Origin: a virus
Taxonomy: Duplodnaviria; Caudoviricetes
Direction: 5' to 3' (one strand)
Length of the DNA stretch: 54,778 nucleotides
Virus record (IMG/VR): IMGVR_UViG_3300032092_000040
Location: 1 to 54,778 of that record
The notes beneath the pieces were generated by a model that was not told where the DNA came from, did no database searches, and saw only the letters and a list, made by a program, of their open reading frames with translations. Position 1 is the stretch's first letter. Each line of letters opens with the position of its first letter. A program made the translations under genes and the position numbers. Shown here piece after piece: positions 1-11,169 of this stretch.

Positions 1-101
1 GAAACTTTGTGGGAACTGAACTGAATCCCGAATACATTCAGTTGGCAGAGAACAGAATCAAAGAAGAGATCCCATCAACTCTTGCATCTCTGATGCAATG
101 A
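1..101 (+). CDS. C-terminal fragment of a probable N4/N6 (amino) DNA methyltransferase, truncated by the window edge
   Basis: Frame from nt 3 reads NFVGTELNPEYIQLAENRIKEEIPSTLASLMQ*, matching the (R)xFIGxELNxEY..A..RI ending of beta-class amino-methyltransferases. Not in the ORF track. Confidence 0.65.
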   Translation, partial: NFVGTELNPEYIQLAENRIKEEIPSTLASLMQ

Positions 102-109
102 GATATACT
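82..109 (+). promoter_or_regulatory. sigma70-like promoter of gp43 (probably leaderless transcript)
   Basis: TTGCAT (82-87), 16 bp spacer, TATACT (104-109); ATG at 117 with no Shine-Dalgarno. Confidence 0.55.
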
Positions 110-116
110 TACCTCC

Positions 117-2654
117 ATGAAGAAGTTCTACACGAATGTTGCCATTCGCGGCAATCGCATTCTGCATCGCGGCTATGAGAATGGGGTTCCCTTTGCCGAG
201 GAGCAGTCTTTTCAACCAACCCTGTTTGTATTAGGAAAGAAGGGGTCTGCATGGCACACGCTTGATGGCAAGAGTGTTGAGCCTATAGTATTCGATGACA
301 TCGACTCAGCGCGGGAGTTTGTGGAGAAGTACAGGGATGTCCATGCATATCCCATCTACGGGAACACAGACTATCTCTATCAATTCATCGGTGACGAATA
401 CAAGTCCGAGATCAACTATGACATGCAATTGATGCGGATTGCCTACCTCGACATCGAAACTGAGTCGGAAGAAGGCTTTCCCAACATCGATACTGCAAAC
501 GAGCGCATCAATGTCATCACGCTGATCGTTGGCGAGAAAAAGTACACCTACGCATTGGGGAGTGTCGATCTTACGAAGATGCCGACAGATTTCCATGTGA
601 ATGTGTATGACAACGAAGAGCAGATGCTTGGTGACTTCATGCTCACATGGCAGACTCTTGGGATTGACATCATCACAGGATGGAATGTTCAGTTCTTCGA
701 CATTCCATATCTTGTGAACAGAATGACTCGTCTGTTTGGTGAGAAGTTTGCCAAGAAGTTTTCTCCTTGGGGCAAACTCAAGGAGCGCAAAGTTGAGATC
801 ATGGGTAAGGAAAGTATTTCTTATGAGATCGTGGGCATCAACACGCTCGACTACTTTGATCTCTACAAGAAGTTCACCTATGTGACGCGAGAGTCCTACA
901 AGTTGGGTCACATCACCTCTGTTGAACTTGGAGAGACGAAGGTTGCGTATGTAGAGTACGACAACTTCTCTGATTTCTACAAGAACGATTTCACCAAGTT
1001 CGTTCAATACAACATTCAGGATACCATTCTTGTTCAGAAACTTGAGGCAAAACTCAGGCTTCTTGAACTTGCAGTATCGTTGGCTTACTCTGCAAAGGTA
1101 AATCTCAATGATGTTTTCTCACAGGTCAGAACGTGGGAGCAGATCATTTATCACCATTTGCATGGCAAGAACATAGTCATTCCCCCGAAGAAGAAAGGAA
1201 AGAAAGATGCGTCATTTGAAGGTGCGTATGTCAAAGATCCGCAAGTTGGACAGCATAAATGGGTTGTCTCATTCGACCTCGACTCACTATATCCCCATCT
1301 CATCATGCAGTACAACCTATCTCCCGAGACTAAGACAGCAGATGGGATTCGAAGGATGGTTACGCCCGATTCCTTCATCAAGGGTTCGCCTCTTGCCATA
1401 TCGGAGCGAGAGAAAGCCGTCCGCAGAGGAGTCTGTCTTGCTGCCAATGGTACGACTTATCGAAGGGATGTTCGGGGATTTCTTCCTGAACTCATGGGGA
1501 GAATGTACGAGGAGCGGAAGAACTATAAAAATCTCATGCTCGACGCAAAGGCTTCTCTCAAACGACTTCCTGTGGATGCGTCTGAGGAATGCAGAGAGAG
1601 TTTACGACTCTCCATATCGAAGTACCACAACTTCCAACTCGTTCGCAAGATCCAACTCAATTCCGCCTTCGGTGCCATTGGAAACGAATGGTTTCGGTAC
1701 TATGATGAGGCGATTGCTGAGGCAATCACGCTATCGGGGCAGTTGTCGGTGCAGTGGGTCGAAAAAGATCTGAATCAGTATCTCAACAAGGCAAACGGCA
1801 CAGAAGATGTCGATTATGTGATTGCAATCGACACAGACTCCGTCTATCTAAATCTTGGTCCGCTTGTGTCCAAGGTAATGCCAAACGAGAAGGACGAACA
1901 GAAGATCACGCAGTTCATTGACAAGGCATCCAATGAGGCAATTCAGAAGGTCATCAATAAGTCTTATGATCGTCTTGCTGAATACACAAATGCGTATGAG
2001 AACAAGATGCGTATGAAGCGGGAATCCATTGCTTCATCGGGAATTTGGACTGCGAAGAAGCGATACATGCTAAATGTTCGCATGGGCGAAGAGAATGTTT
2101 ATCTAAAGGTTCCCGAACTCAAGATCATGGGTATTGAGACTGCTCGTTCTTCCACACCAGAGGTTGTCCGCAATGCCCTCAAGGAAGCCATCTCAATCGT
2201 TATGAATAAGGACGAGCATCATGTGCATGAGTTTGTTTCGACCTTTAGGAATGTTTTTAAGAGCCTTCCGCCAGAGAAGATCGCATTCCCAAGAAGTTGC
2301 AATGGGCTGAAGGAGTATGGTGATTCAAGTACGATCTACAAGAAGGGAACGCCAATCGCAACAAAGGGTTCCCTGCTATTCAACTACAACCTCAAGAAGA
2401 ACAAGTTGGGCGGGAAGTATCAGGAGATACGCGAGGGTGACAAGATAAAGTTCTTGTATCTCAAGACACCCAATCCATTACATGAGAAGGTAATCGCATT
2501 CACATCAAAGATTCCAGATGAGTTCAACCTTGATGGGTTCGTAGATTACGATTTGCAGTTTGAGAAGACATTCCTTGAGCCTATTAGAAACATTCTTGGC
2601 GTTCTTGGGTGGAAGGAAGAGCCTGTTCACACATTGGAAGGATTGTTTAGATAA
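117..2654 (+). CDS. gp43: T4-like family B DNA polymerase
   Basis: Exonuclease motif DIETE, GWNVQFFDIPY; polymerase motifs SFDLDSLYPHLI, KIQLNSAFG, DTDS, KKRY. Confidence 0.97.
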   Translation: MKKFYTNVAIRGNRILHRGYENGVPFAEEQSFQPTLFVLGKKGSAWHTLDGKSVEPIVFDDIDSAREFVEKYRDVHAYPIYGNTDYLYQFIGDEYKSEINYDMQLMRIAYLDIETESEEGFPNIDTANERINVITLIVGEKKYTYALGSVDLTKMPTDFHVNVYDNEEQMLGDFMLTWQTLGIDIITGWNVQFFDIPYLVNRMTRLFGEKFAKKFSPWGKLKERKVEIMGKESISYEIVGINTLDYFDLYKKFTYVTRESYKLGHITSVELGETKVAYVEYDNFSDFYKNDFTKFVQYNIQDTILVQKLEAKLRLLELAVSLAYSAKVNLNDVFSQVRTWEQIIYHHLHGKNIVIPPKKKGKKDASFEGAYVKDPQVGQHKWVVSFDLDSLYPHLIMQYNLSPETKTADGIRRMVTPDSFIKGSPLAISEREKAVRRGVCLAANGTTYRRDVRGFLPELMGRMYEERKNYKNLMLDAKASLKRLPVDASEECRESLRLSISKYHNFQLVRKIQLNSAFGAIGNEWFRYYDEAIAEAITLSGQLSVQWVEKDLNQYLNKANGTEDVDYVIAIDTDSVYLNLGPLVSKVMPNEKDEQKITQFIDKASNEAIQKVINKSYDRLAEYTNAYENKMRMKRESIASSGIWTAKKRYMLNVRMGEENVYLKVPELKIMGIETARSSTPEVVRNALKEAISIVMNKDEHHVHEFVSTFRNVFKSLPPEKIAFPRSCNGLKEYGDSSTIYKKGTPIATKGSLLFNYNLKKNKLGGKYQEIREGDKIKFLYLKTPNPLHEKVIAFTSKIPDEFNLDGFVDYDLQFEKTFLEPIRNILGVLGWKEEPVHTLEGLFR

Positions 2655-3331
2655 TGGCTTATCTGATAGCAAACATACCCCCTATTGAAGTATTTGTCCG
2701 TAAGGAATTTCTATACGATTTTCTTACAGATCAAAGTGGAAAATCTCTTGGCAAAGACGAGTATGAATCGGCACATTGGCTGACAGTCAAGTCGATTCCA
2801 AATCAGGCACTCTATTTTGAATCATTGATTCATGACTATGGAGCGGTGTATGACAAGTTGCCTCTTCATGCTTTTGTGTGGAGAAAAGATGTTGATGCGA
2901 GAAAACTATATCCCTTGGATTGGTTGCAACTTTGGGATTGTATGTCATACAATATTTCTGTGATTCGTAAGGAGCGTCTGCGAAACGCAAGATGTGAAGT
3001 TATGATGAAAGACAAGTCTCGCGCACCTGGCTACTATCTGTTTACAGTAGACCCATGTGCATCTGATCCAAACGAAGTAGATGTTGGATGGTCTGAGACT
3101 CCGAATGAACACAAATCTTTCAACATCATAAAGTTGGACAATGGTCAGTTTGCAGCACAGCCCAACAATAGAATCATATGGAGACATCAATCACAAACTC
3201 CATCATCTGATCTCAAGATTCCATACTTTAAATTTTCTACGCGCAAGTGGTTCTGCGAGAACCAAGATCGTTGGAGTGCATCGGGTGCAACAAATTTTAA
3301 CTACGACACAAATACTGACGAAGAGTATTGA
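2654..3331 (+). CDS. conserved hypothetical phage protein
   Basis: 225-aa ORF coupled to the gp43 stop; motifs AYLIANIPP, LQLWDC, EHKSFN, FAAQPNNRI recall proteins of aquatic phages; function unknown. Confidence 0.75.
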   Translation: MAYLIANIPPIEVFVRKEFLYDFLTDQSGKSLGKDEYESAHWLTVKSIPNQALYFESLIHDYGAVYDKLPLHAFVWRKDVDARKLYPLDWLQLWDCMSYNISVIRKERLRNARCEVMMKDKSRAPGYYLFTVDPCASDPNEVDVGWSETPNEHKSFNIIKLDNGQFAAQPNNRIIWRHQSQTPSSDLKIPYFKFSTRKWFCENQDRWSASGATNFNYDTNTDEEY

Positions 3332-3355
3332 CAGTGTGTATACCTATAGTACAAT
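3328..3355 (+). promoter_or_regulatory. sigma70-like promoter upstream of the 101-aa gene and uvsX
   Basis: TTGACA (3328-3333), 16 bp, TACAAT (3350-3355); AAGGAG RBS follows. Confidence 0.65.
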
Positions 3356-3384
3356 GAAGTGAAGCCTAACATAAGGAGAATATC

Positions 3385-3690
3385 ATGGCTACAAAATTGG
3401 TTAGATTGGTTACGGGTGAAAATCTTCTCGCAAGCGTTACCGACAATGGAAGCACACTCACGCTGAAGAAGCCAGCGATGCTTGTGATGATTAACAAGGG
3501 AGAAGTCGGTCTTGTTCCTTGGATTCCATTTGCTAAGGAAGAAAGCGTTACGATTGCAACAGACAAGGTTCTGTACTGCGTCGATCCAGAAGAGAATACA
3601 GCAAACGAATATAGCACAGGCTTTGGCTCAGGTCTTGTCATGCCAACTGGTGGCGTGAAGCCCGTTTCGCTCAAACTCTCTGGAGAATAA
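3385..3690 (+). CDS. small conserved T4-like phage protein (possibly Sm-like fold)
   Basis: Strong RBS AAGGAG; KLVRLVTGENLLA...LKKP...PWIPF pattern seen in small proteins near gp43 in T4-like phages. Confidence 0.75.
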   Translation: MATKLVRLVTGENLLASVTDNGSTLTLKKPAMLVMINKGEVGLVPWIPFAKEESVTIATDKVLYCVDPEENTANEYSTGFGSGLVMPTGGVKPVSLKLSGE

Positions 3691-3693
3691 ACC

Positions 3694-4719
3694 TTGAATT
3701 TCTTAAAGCAGATTGTGAAAGAGTCTGGCAATAAGTTTGCCAGCATCGTTGAGGATGGAATCGACGGAGCAGATGTCGCGGGATTTGTTGACACTGGTTC
3801 GTATGCTTTCAATGCGCTTCTTTCTGGTTCCTTGTACGGAGGAGTAGCGGACAACAAGATCATTGCCCTTGCGGGTGAATCTGCCACGGGAAAGACTTAC
3901 TTTACCCTTGGGATTGTAGCGCAGTTCCTCAAGAACAATCCCGAGGGTATGGTTCTCTACTTCGACTCAGAACAAGCGGTCACATCCGACATGTTCGAAG
4001 GTCGCGGTGTTGACTCCAAGAGAGTCGCTGTGTTTCCAGTTGCCACCATTGAGGAATTCAAGACTCAATGCGTGTCGATTGTTGACAAGATCCTTGAGAT
4101 GGACGAGTCTGAGCGCAAGCCCATGATGATCGTTCTTGATTCTCTTGGAATGTTGTCAACCGAGAAGGAAATGAACGATTCGGCAGAGGGCAAGAATGTC
4201 AGAGACATGACACGGGCGCAGGGAGTGAAGGCGACATTCCGAGTCCTCACGATGAAGTTGGGCAAGGCAAGGATTCCCCTTGTGATGACGAACCACACAT
4301 ATGATGTTGTGGGCGCGTATGTCCCAACGAAGGAGATGGGTGGTGGTAGCGGTCTGAAGTATGCCGCATCCACCATCGTCTACCTTTCTAAGAAGAAGGA
4401 AAAGAATGCGGATGGCGATGTCATCGGAAACATCATTCATTGCAAGTTGTATAAGTCTCGTCTGACCAAAGAGAATCAGATGGTCGATGTTCAGTTGAAC
4501 TACGACAGTGGTCTGAATCGATACTATGGTCTTGTGGAGATTGCATTGACTCATGGCATCTTCAAGAAGGTATCGACTCGCATCGAACTTCCCGATGGCA
4601 CAACGGCATTTGAGAAGAACATTAATGAGAATCCCGAGAAGTACTTCACGACAGATGTGATGAAGCGTCTTGAGGAAGCGGTTGCAAAGGAGTTCAAGTA
4701 TGGAACAGCAAGTTCATAA
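3694..4719 (+). CDS. uvsX: UvsX RecA-like recombinase
   Basis: DTGSY, Walker [36 protein letters not shown]; TTG start after GGAG. Confidence 0.95.
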   Translation: MNFLKQIVKESGNKFASIVEDGIDGADVAGFVDTGSYAFNALLSGSLYGGVADNKIIALAGESATGKTYFTLGIVAQFLKNNPEGMVLYFDSEQAVTSDMFEGRGVDSKRVAVFPVATIEEFKTQCVSIVDKILEMDESERKPMMIVLDSLGMLSTEKEMNDSAEGKNVRDMTRAQGVKATFRVLTMKLGKARIPLVMTNHTYDVVGAYVPTKEMGGGSGLKYAASTIVYLSKKKEKNADGDVIGNIIHCKLYKSRLTKENQMVDVQLNYDSGLNRYYGLVEIALTHGIFKKVSTRIELPDGTTAFEKNINENPEKYFTTDVMKRLEEAVAKEFKYGTASS

Positions 4720-5365
4720 GTTGGCAGTGGTTATTCCCTATAGGGATAGAGAAGAGAATTTAAAAATTCTTCTCCCCGAACTAAACGAATATCTTGACAA
4801 GCAAAACATAGTTCGAAAGATCTATGTTATTGAACAAGAATCTGGTAAGACATTTCATCGTGGTCTTATGCGGAACATTGGTTTTCTTGAAGCCGATTCG
4901 GACTGTGATTATTTTGTATTCCATGATGTTGATATGGTTCCAAAGACAACAGATTATTCATACGAACCAAATCCAACGCATCTTGCAGTCGCTGCGAGTC
5001 AATTCAACTATGGTCTTCCATATGAGGGATATTTTGGTGGTGTTGTTATGTTCACCAGAGAAGATTTCACAAAGATAAATGGGTATAGCAATGAGTATGT
5101 TGGGTGGGGTGGGGAAGACGACGATCTTCTTTACAGATGCCATCTTGCAAAATTGAAGGTTCAGCGCAAGTCGCCTGGAATATTCAAGTCTCTTGACCAC
5201 CCAAGAGGTATTAACAATGTTGCGTATGATGGCAACATAAAGCGTATACAAGCAATGTGGCGTGGTGAAATTGATTGGAAATCGGAAGGTCTTAATACAT
5301 CAAAGTATTCTGTGGTTGACAGAAATGAAACCGCAGATAGAACAATCATAAAGGTGAGCATATGA
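4700..5365 (+). CDS. glycosyltransferase family 7 (beta-1,4-galactosyltransferase-like)
   Basis: [33 protein letters not shown] are GT7 hallmarks; ATG at 4700 preferred over the track start at 4670. Confidence 0.9.
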   Translation: MEQQVHKLAVVIPYRDREENLKILLPELNEYLDKQNIVRKIYVIEQESGKTFHRGLMRNIGFLEADSDCDYFVFHDVDMVPKTTDYSYEPNPTHLAVAASQFNYGLPYEGYFGGVVMFTREDFTKINGYSNEYVGWGGEDDDLLYRCHLAKLKVQRKSPGIFKSLDHPRGINNVAYDGNIKRIQAMWRGEIDWKSEGLNTSKYSVVDRNETADRTIIKVSI

Positions 5366-6042
5366 AAATAACAGCACATTCTCTTCACTGGCAAAACGTG
5401 GATCCCCGAGTTGTTGATGCACAAAAGAAAGTATTTGATAGATTTGAATTGCCAATAAATTACACAAAAGCAAATTATCCCCACGGTGCGTGGATGGATC
5501 AGATTTGCAGAGGTTTGGACTCTGATGTTTTTATTTTCTTTGATGCAGATTGTGTTCCTCTCGACAGAGAAATTGTTGATGAGTCTGTAGCATATGCTGT
5601 TGAAAACAACACATTTGTTGGTCTTGCACAAGCATCAAATCACATTCCACCATTCACACATATCTTTGCGGCTCCATCATTCTTTGTAATAACAAAGGCT
5701 TGTTACGAACAACTTGGTCAACCTTCTTTTTCCGAAACAAAGCGATCTGATGTTGCTCAAGAAGTGAGTTATATTGCTGAAGAAAAAAGAAAGAGATATA
5801 AGTGTCTCTACCCAACTAGATTTGATAGTGTACCTGTGGAGGGGGTGTGGAGACTTTCTAATTATGGCTTGTATGGTATAGGCACTCTATTTCAAGATAG
5901 AGTGTATCATTTGTATCAGGGTAGATTTAATCATAATGTTGAATTGTTTGTTCGTAGATGTGAACAAATATGCAACGGAAAATTTGATATGCAGGGAATG
6001 CATGATTCTTTGAAGAATTTTAGTGGAAGGATAGTTCCTTGA
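5362..6042 (+). CDS. putative GT-A fold glycosyltransferase
   Basis: DxD motif in FIFFDADCVP; ATGA overlap; glycan island context. Confidence 0.55.
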   Translation: MKITAHSLHWQNVDPRVVDAQKKVFDRFELPINYTKANYPHGAWMDQICRGLDSDVFIFFDADCVPLDREIVDESVAYAVENNTFVGLAQASNHIPPFTHIFAAPSFFVITKACYEQLGQPSFSETKRSDVAQEVSYIAEEKRKRYKCLYPTRFDSVPVEGVWRLSNYGLYGIGTLFQDRVYHLYQGRFNHNVELFVRRCEQICNGKFDMQGMHDSLKNFSGRIVP

Positions 6043-6989
6043 AAGTGTTGTTTCATGAGAATCAACTCTGTCTGCGAGGGACCAGTGTTGCTTTATTTGA
6101 CTACGCGCGTTTTAACGAAGACCTGTTAGGAAACAATAGTTTTATTGCTTTCGATGCAAATTCTAGATTCAATGATGAGCAAGCAATTGAAAAGTTTGTT
6201 CGTAGATTTCCCGACAAGGTCTACTCTTATAGTAGTAGAGAACAATTCAAATCACTTTGCGATCATCTTGATGTCGATTGCTGCTACATGATTAAGAGTG
6301 GGGAGTTTGATGGTTTATTGTCAAATAAAAGAAATCTAATCCATGCAGTTTTTCAAGCATATCAGCCGCATGGAGATGTTTATGCTTATGTCTCACAATG
6401 GTTATCTGAGAAGATGACGGGCGGAAAGGCTCCGTTTGTTCCGCACATAGTCAGTCTTCCCGACCCAGTAGAAAACATGAGGGAAAAACTAGGAATTCCC
6501 ACAGAAGCATTTGTGTTCGGTAGATATGGTGGAGAGGATCAGTTCGATATTCCTTTTGTCAAGGAAGCCATAGTTGAGTTCGTTGATGCCAACGAGACTG
6601 CTTGGTTCGTGTTTTTCAACACAAATCCGTTCACAGAACACCCAAGAATAAAGTTTTACAAGGGGTTTTCTGACATGCAGTTGAAGGCAAATGTGGTTGA
6701 CTCTTGCGATGCCATGATTCATGCGCGGTCAATGGGAGAGTCGTTCGGTCTTGCAATATGTGAATTCCTCTATGGAAACAGACCAGTTCTTGCGTGGAAT
6801 GGCGGTAATGATAAGCATCATCTTGACATTCTTCAAGACGCCGATATGCTGTACGCAGACAAGAAGGATCTCTTGAACAAGATGGATTCCCTTATGCGTT
6901 CAGAGAAAAAAACATATAGGCATTTGGTTGACAAGTTCAGCCCAAAAACCGTGATGGAAAAATTCAATAAAGTGTTTCTGGAGGTATAA
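6039..6989 (+). CDS. putative GT-B fold glycosyltransferase (GT4-like)
   Basis: RGTSVALFDYA N-terminus, FGRYGG, CDAMIHARSMGESFGLAICE (E-x7-E type motif). Confidence 0.75.
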   Translation: MKVLFHENQLCLRGTSVALFDYARFNEDLLGNNSFIAFDANSRFNDEQAIEKFVRRFPDKVYSYSSREQFKSLCDHLDVDCCYMIKSGEFDGLLSNKRNLIHAVFQAYQPHGDVYAYVSQWLSEKMTGGKAPFVPHIVSLPDPVENMREKLGIPTEAFVFGRYGGEDQFDIPFVKEAIVEFVDANETAWFVFFNTNPFTEHPRIKFYKGFSDMQLKANVVDSCDAMIHARSMGESFGLAICEFLYGNRPVLAWNGGNDKHHLDILQDADMLYADKKDLLNKMDSLMRSEKKTYRHLVDKFSPKTVMEKFNKVFLEV

Positions 6990-7597
6990 TGATAAGCAAT
7001 AGAATGGGCGTGATAAATCATCTAATATCTAAGTTTGGGTATTCAAGTTATCTTGAGATTGGTGTTCGGTATGGAGAATGTATTCGTGCAATAAACTGTC
7101 AATTGAAACATGGAGTTGATCCTACACCAGCATGTCCTGAAGTAACTTATTCGATTACAAGCGATGAGTTTTTTGCCAATCATTGTAATAGAACATATGA
7201 TATTATTTTCATCGATGGACACCATGATTCTGAATATGTCTGTAGAGATCTAAACAATGCACTCAAGGTTTTGAATCCGAATGGCACCATCTTTATGCAT
7301 GATTGCTATCCTGGCGAAAAACAATTTTCTGTAAAGATGAAAGATATGTCTCCTGGTATGATGACATGGAATGGCGATGGCTTTAAGGTTGTCCATGCTG
7401 TTGTTGAAAAATATTGTGACGAATTGACCACTTGTGTAGTCGATATTGATCATGGTGTGGGTGTTATCAGAAAGAATAAGAATGCACCCATGGAAATTGT
7501 CTATGATGATGGCTATGATTTTGAAACTCTAAAGGCATTTCCCGAAGAAGAAATAAACTTGATTTCAGTTCAAGATTTTCTTGAGATATTTTCTTGA
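6989..7597 (+). CDS. class I SAM-dependent methyltransferase (Methyltransf_24-like)
   Basis: SYLEIGV, GVDP, TSDEFF, DIIFIDGHH, GTIFMHDC. Confidence 0.85.
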   Translation: MISNRMGVINHLISKFGYSSYLEIGVRYGECIRAINCQLKHGVDPTPACPEVTYSITSDEFFANHCNRTYDIIFIDGHHDSEYVCRDLNNALKVLNPNGTIFMHDCYPGEKQFSVKMKDMSPGMMTWNGDGFKVVHAVVEKYCDELTTCVVDIDHGVGVIRKNKNAPMEIVYDDGYDFETLKAFPEEEINLISVQDFLEIFS

Positions 7598-7612
7598 CTG
7601 AGGAGATTATAA

Positions 7613-8365
7613 ATGAAGTTTGATGATTTTGAATGCTATGTTGTGCATTACACACCTCTCGTAGAGCGTAAGAAATTTTTGCTGCGTCAATTTGATAAAG
7701 AAGGAATTATTGCTACTTTCGTTGAAAATTTTGATAGAGAACAACTATCATATCAGCAGGTTTATGACAATTTTAAGATGAATCTATGGGAGTATCAACG
7801 CAGGAGTCCAACTGGATATTCTCCTTACTTGTATCCTATGAAGCCAGCGGATGTGTCGAATTGCATGAAGCACAAAGAGGCTTTCAGGCGATTTTTGACA
7901 GAATCTAAAAAAGAGTACATGTTCTTGATGGAAGATGATGTTATTTTATGTGAGAATTTTGTTTCTATTTTGAATGAATATTTGCGATGTATTCCTTCAG
8001 ACTGGTCTGCGGCTTTCATAGGGCAGGGTGCAGGGAAACACATTTCTTCTGCGGAATTACGAGAGGGTGTATATTGGTATCACAAAGATCACCCAGCCGA
8101 TAGATGTGCGGACTCAGTTCTTTTGAAGCGAAGTTCTGTACAAGAAATCTATAATGGAATGGTTTCACACGGAATTGCGTTTCCACCCGATCATGAACTA
8201 TCGTTCTGGTTTAGGTGTTATGGAATGAAGGTATATTGGCTTGAGCCACCAATAGTGGCTCAAGGATCGCAGACTGGATATTTTGAGAGTTATCAAGATG
8301 CTTTGTCCGGAAAGTACGAAGATAAATCTATCAGAGTTCGTTCGGACATGGGAGAACTCCTGTGA
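7613..8365 (+). CDS. glycosyltransferase family 25-like
   Basis: YVVHY...ERK, CMKH, LMEDDV, PPD, EPPIVAQGS; RBS GAGGAG. Confidence 0.75.
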   Translation: MKFDDFECYVVHYTPLVERKKFLLRQFDKEGIIATFVENFDREQLSYQQVYDNFKMNLWEYQRRSPTGYSPYLYPMKPADVSNCMKHKEAFRRFLTESKKEYMFLMEDDVILCENFVSILNEYLRCIPSDWSAAFIGQGAGKHISSAELREGVYWYHKDHPADRCADSVLLKRSSVQEIYNGMVSHGIAFPPDHELSFWFRCYGMKVYWLEPPIVAQGSQTGYFESYQDALSGKYEDKSIRVRSDMGELL

Positions 8366-9357
8366 ATGTTCTACTAGTTGATGTTGAACGAAGATATCAG
8401 TATCTCTATGAAAATTTTTTTCCATCCACTTGGAAGATAGACTACAACAACATCGGTAGGCAGACTTACGATCTTGTTCTCATGGATTGTGATGTTTGCA
8501 AACTAGATGATGAAATTGCGTGGAGTCATTGGGTTAGATTGAGTGATGGTGGTGTTCCCAAAAAAGAATTGAAAGATGAGTATCTTCAGCCTAGAACTTG
8601 GGGGTCTTCAGAAAAATACTCATCGTTGTATAAGTCTATTTTTGATCAGTTGAAACTCATAAGTTATGGAAAACTAGTAATAATAGATGTTGGTGATCGC
8701 GCATTTGCGATGAGTGGGCTAAACTGGTTGCAGAAAAATGAATGCGGTGTTGATTTGATTTTGAAGCGAGAATACAGAAGAACTCATATCTGGGATTATA
8801 TGGCAAAAGTAAAGCCGTTTCCGTTTTTGACTTTTGACGGAAAGGCTTGTAATGTTTTGTATGGATCCCCACCGAAGCACAACGATATTACTGGAAAGGG
8901 GTGTTTCTTTATAGGGGATCCACTTCTTAGAGTTGAACTTGGATTGCCCGATGAGTGGGTTAATCGATATGACATGCTTATAGCAATGGAACGATTAAAC
9001 TGTATCAATTGGTATAAAGAGAGGCTACAAAAAGAAGAGTATTTGTCTTTGTTCAAAAAGCACAGATCGTTTTTGCATCTGAATGGTACAGGACATCTTT
9101 GTAGTCGTCTCTTCGAAGGATTTGGTATGGGGTGTCTTTGTGTCATGCAGGAGACAGATTTAGTATTCCCGATGGGAAATCCAATTCACCCTTCGTTAAT
9201 ATTCAAGGTTCCTGAGCAAGCAAAGATAATAATTGAACGGATAGATTGCGATGATGATTATTATAATATGTGCATGGAATATCAAATGAATATGATAACC
9301 TCCTGTTTTAATCGGGACAAAGTTGGGGAGTACATATTGGGGTGTTTAAATGTATGA
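8362..9357 (+). CDS. hypothetical protein, possibly a glycosyltransferase
   Basis: ILKRE and EYLSLF...FLHLNGTG..CSRLFE resemble GT-B C-terminal motifs; GTGA overlap in the island. Confidence 0.5.
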   Translation: MNVLLVDVERRYQYLYENFFPSTWKIDYNNIGRQTYDLVLMDCDVCKLDDEIAWSHWVRLSDGGVPKKELKDEYLQPRTWGSSEKYSSLYKSIFDQLKLISYGKLVIIDVGDRAFAMSGLNWLQKNECGVDLILKREYRRTHIWDYMAKVKPFPFLTFDGKACNVLYGSPPKHNDITGKGCFFIGDPLLRVELGLPDEWVNRYDMLIAMERLNCINWYKERLQKEEYLSLFKKHRSFLHLNGTGHLCSRLFEGFGMGCLCVMQETDLVFPMGNPIHPSLIFKVPEQAKIIIERIDCDDDYYNMCMEYQMNMITSCFNRDKVGEYILGCLNV

Positions 9358-10438
9358 TTATTTGATAGTCGGTGCTGGTATCTTTGGTTCAGTATTCGCG
9401 CGGGAAATGACTGATCGCGGTGCCAAGTGTCTAGTCATCGATAAAAGAAACCATATTGGTGGAAACTGTTTCACCCGCAATGAGGGGGGGATTCATGTTC
9501 ATGAATATGGACCCCATATATTTCATACTGACAGCAAGCGTATTTGGGATTACATGAATCGATGGTCGGAGTTCAATCACTTCGTTCTGCGTCCCAAGGT
9601 ACTCCACGATGGATCTCTCTATTCATTTCCTATCAACATGATGACTCTTTACCAACTATGGGGAACTAAGACACCACAGGAGGCAGAACGCAAGTTGAAT
9701 GAAGTGCGAGTCGATATTCAAAACCCACAGAATCTAAAAGAATGGATATTGACTCAAGTTGGGGAGGAGATATACAAGAAGTTCATCTGCGGCTATACAA
9801 CCAAGCAATGGAACAGAGATCCCAAGGATCTTCCTTCGTTTATCATTAAGCGTCTTCCGATTCGACTGACCTATGATGACAATTATTTCAATGACAGATA
9901 TCAAGGTATACCCGTAAATGGATACACAGCCATTTTCGAAAGACTACTTGACGGCATTCCTATTGAGTTGGGAGTCGATTATCTCAAGGAACGAGACAGG
10001 TGGAATTCGGTTGCAAAAAAGATTGTGTATACCGGAGCAATTGATGAGTTCTTTGACTATGATTTGGGGACTCTTGAGTGGCGTAGTCTTCGCTTTGAAC
10101 ATGAGACTTTGCACATTCCTGACTATCAAGGGGTGGCAATAGTGAACTATACTAATGTAGACATTCCTTTTACACGCATATGTGAACACAAACACTTCAA
10201 CTTCGGCAAGCAAAACTATACGATCATCACCCGAGAGTATCCACAGGATTGGGATACATCTAAAGAAAAATTCTACCCAATCAATGACGAAAAGAACAAC
10301 ACCTTGTTCCGCCGTTATCAGGAGAGGATAAATAATGATAAGTATATCTTTGGTGGTCGTCTAGCAGACTACAAATACTATGACATGCATCAAGTTGTTG
10401 GATCAGCACTAGCAAAAAGTGAAAGAGAACTGTTATGA
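9350..10438 (+). CDS. glf: UDP-galactopyranose mutase
   Basis: YLIVGAG FAD motif, HIGGNC, HEYGPHIFHT, YTTKQW, YFNDRYQGIP, GRLADYKYYDMHQV. Confidence 0.96.
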   Translation: MYDYLIVGAGIFGSVFAREMTDRGAKCLVIDKRNHIGGNCFTRNEGGIHVHEYGPHIFHTDSKRIWDYMNRWSEFNHFVLRPKVLHDGSLYSFPINMMTLYQLWGTKTPQEAERKLNEVRVDIQNPQNLKEWILTQVGEEIYKKFICGYTTKQWNRDPKDLPSFIIKRLPIRLTYDDNYFNDRYQGIPVNGYTAIFERLLDGIPIELGVDYLKERDRWNSVAKKIVYTGAIDEFFDYDLGTLEWRSLRFEHETLHIPDYQGVAIVNYTNVDIPFTRICEHKHFNFGKQNYTIITREYPQDWDTSKEKFYPINDEKNNTLFRRYQERINNDKYIFGGRLADYKYYDMHQVVGSALAKSERELL

Positions 10439-11169
10439 ACTTAATAAAGTATGAAAACAAAGATGGAATATTTTATCTATTCCCAAATGATGCTATTTCA
10501 CAACATATGATGCGTGGCGATTGTTGGGAGGAACATTTCAGGGTTGTTGTAGAAAGTTTACTTAACAGAAACAGTATTTCTATCGACTGTGGTGCTAATT
10601 TTGGATACAACTCTGTTGTTATGGGAAAACTGCTTGATTCTGATGGTAAACTTATTTGTTTTGAACCACAAAAACTAGTTTATGATCAACTTGTAAAAAA
10701 TTTGAATGCCAACGGCATAATGAACTGCGATACTTATTGTCGGTGTGTTGGTGAAAGATCTGGAGATGTTGTTCAGTTAAATCAAGTTGATTACAATGCA
10801 TCTTGGGTAAATATCGGGGATACATCGGTTGGTTTTGGTGGGGAGACTACAGAAACTATTTCGATTGATGATTTAAATTTGCCGAGTGTTGGATTCATTA
10901 AAATAGATGTGCAGGGATATGAACTCCATGTTTTGCGTGGTGCAAGAAAAACTCTAGAAAAAAACCTACCCCCAATCTTCATAGAATTAGAAGCACACCA
11001 ATTGATAAAATTTGGATTTACAGTAAATGATGTTGTTAGTTTTTTGAAAACTCTAGGATATTTTGTATTTCAAATAGTTTTGCCATCATATAAAGATGAT
11101 TATATTTGTGTTCGGGATCCTAAATCCATAGAAAAGTTAGCATTGAGTCTAGTACTTAAGGAAGTGTAA
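10435..11169 (+). CDS. FkbM-family methyltransferase
   Basis: IDCGANFG, FEPQ, FIKIDVQGYELHVLRGA. Confidence 0.9.
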   Translation: MNLIKYENKDGIFYLFPNDAISQHMMRGDCWEEHFRVVVESLLNRNSISIDCGANFGYNSVVMGKLLDSDGKLICFEPQKLVYDQLVKNLNANGIMNCDTYCRCVGERSGDVVQLNQVDYNASWVNIGDTSVGFGGETTETISIDDLNLPSVGFIKIDVQGYELHVLRGARKTLEKNLPPIFIELEAHQLIKFGFTVNDVVSFLKTLGYFVFQIVLPSYKDDYICVRDPKSIEKLALSLVLKEV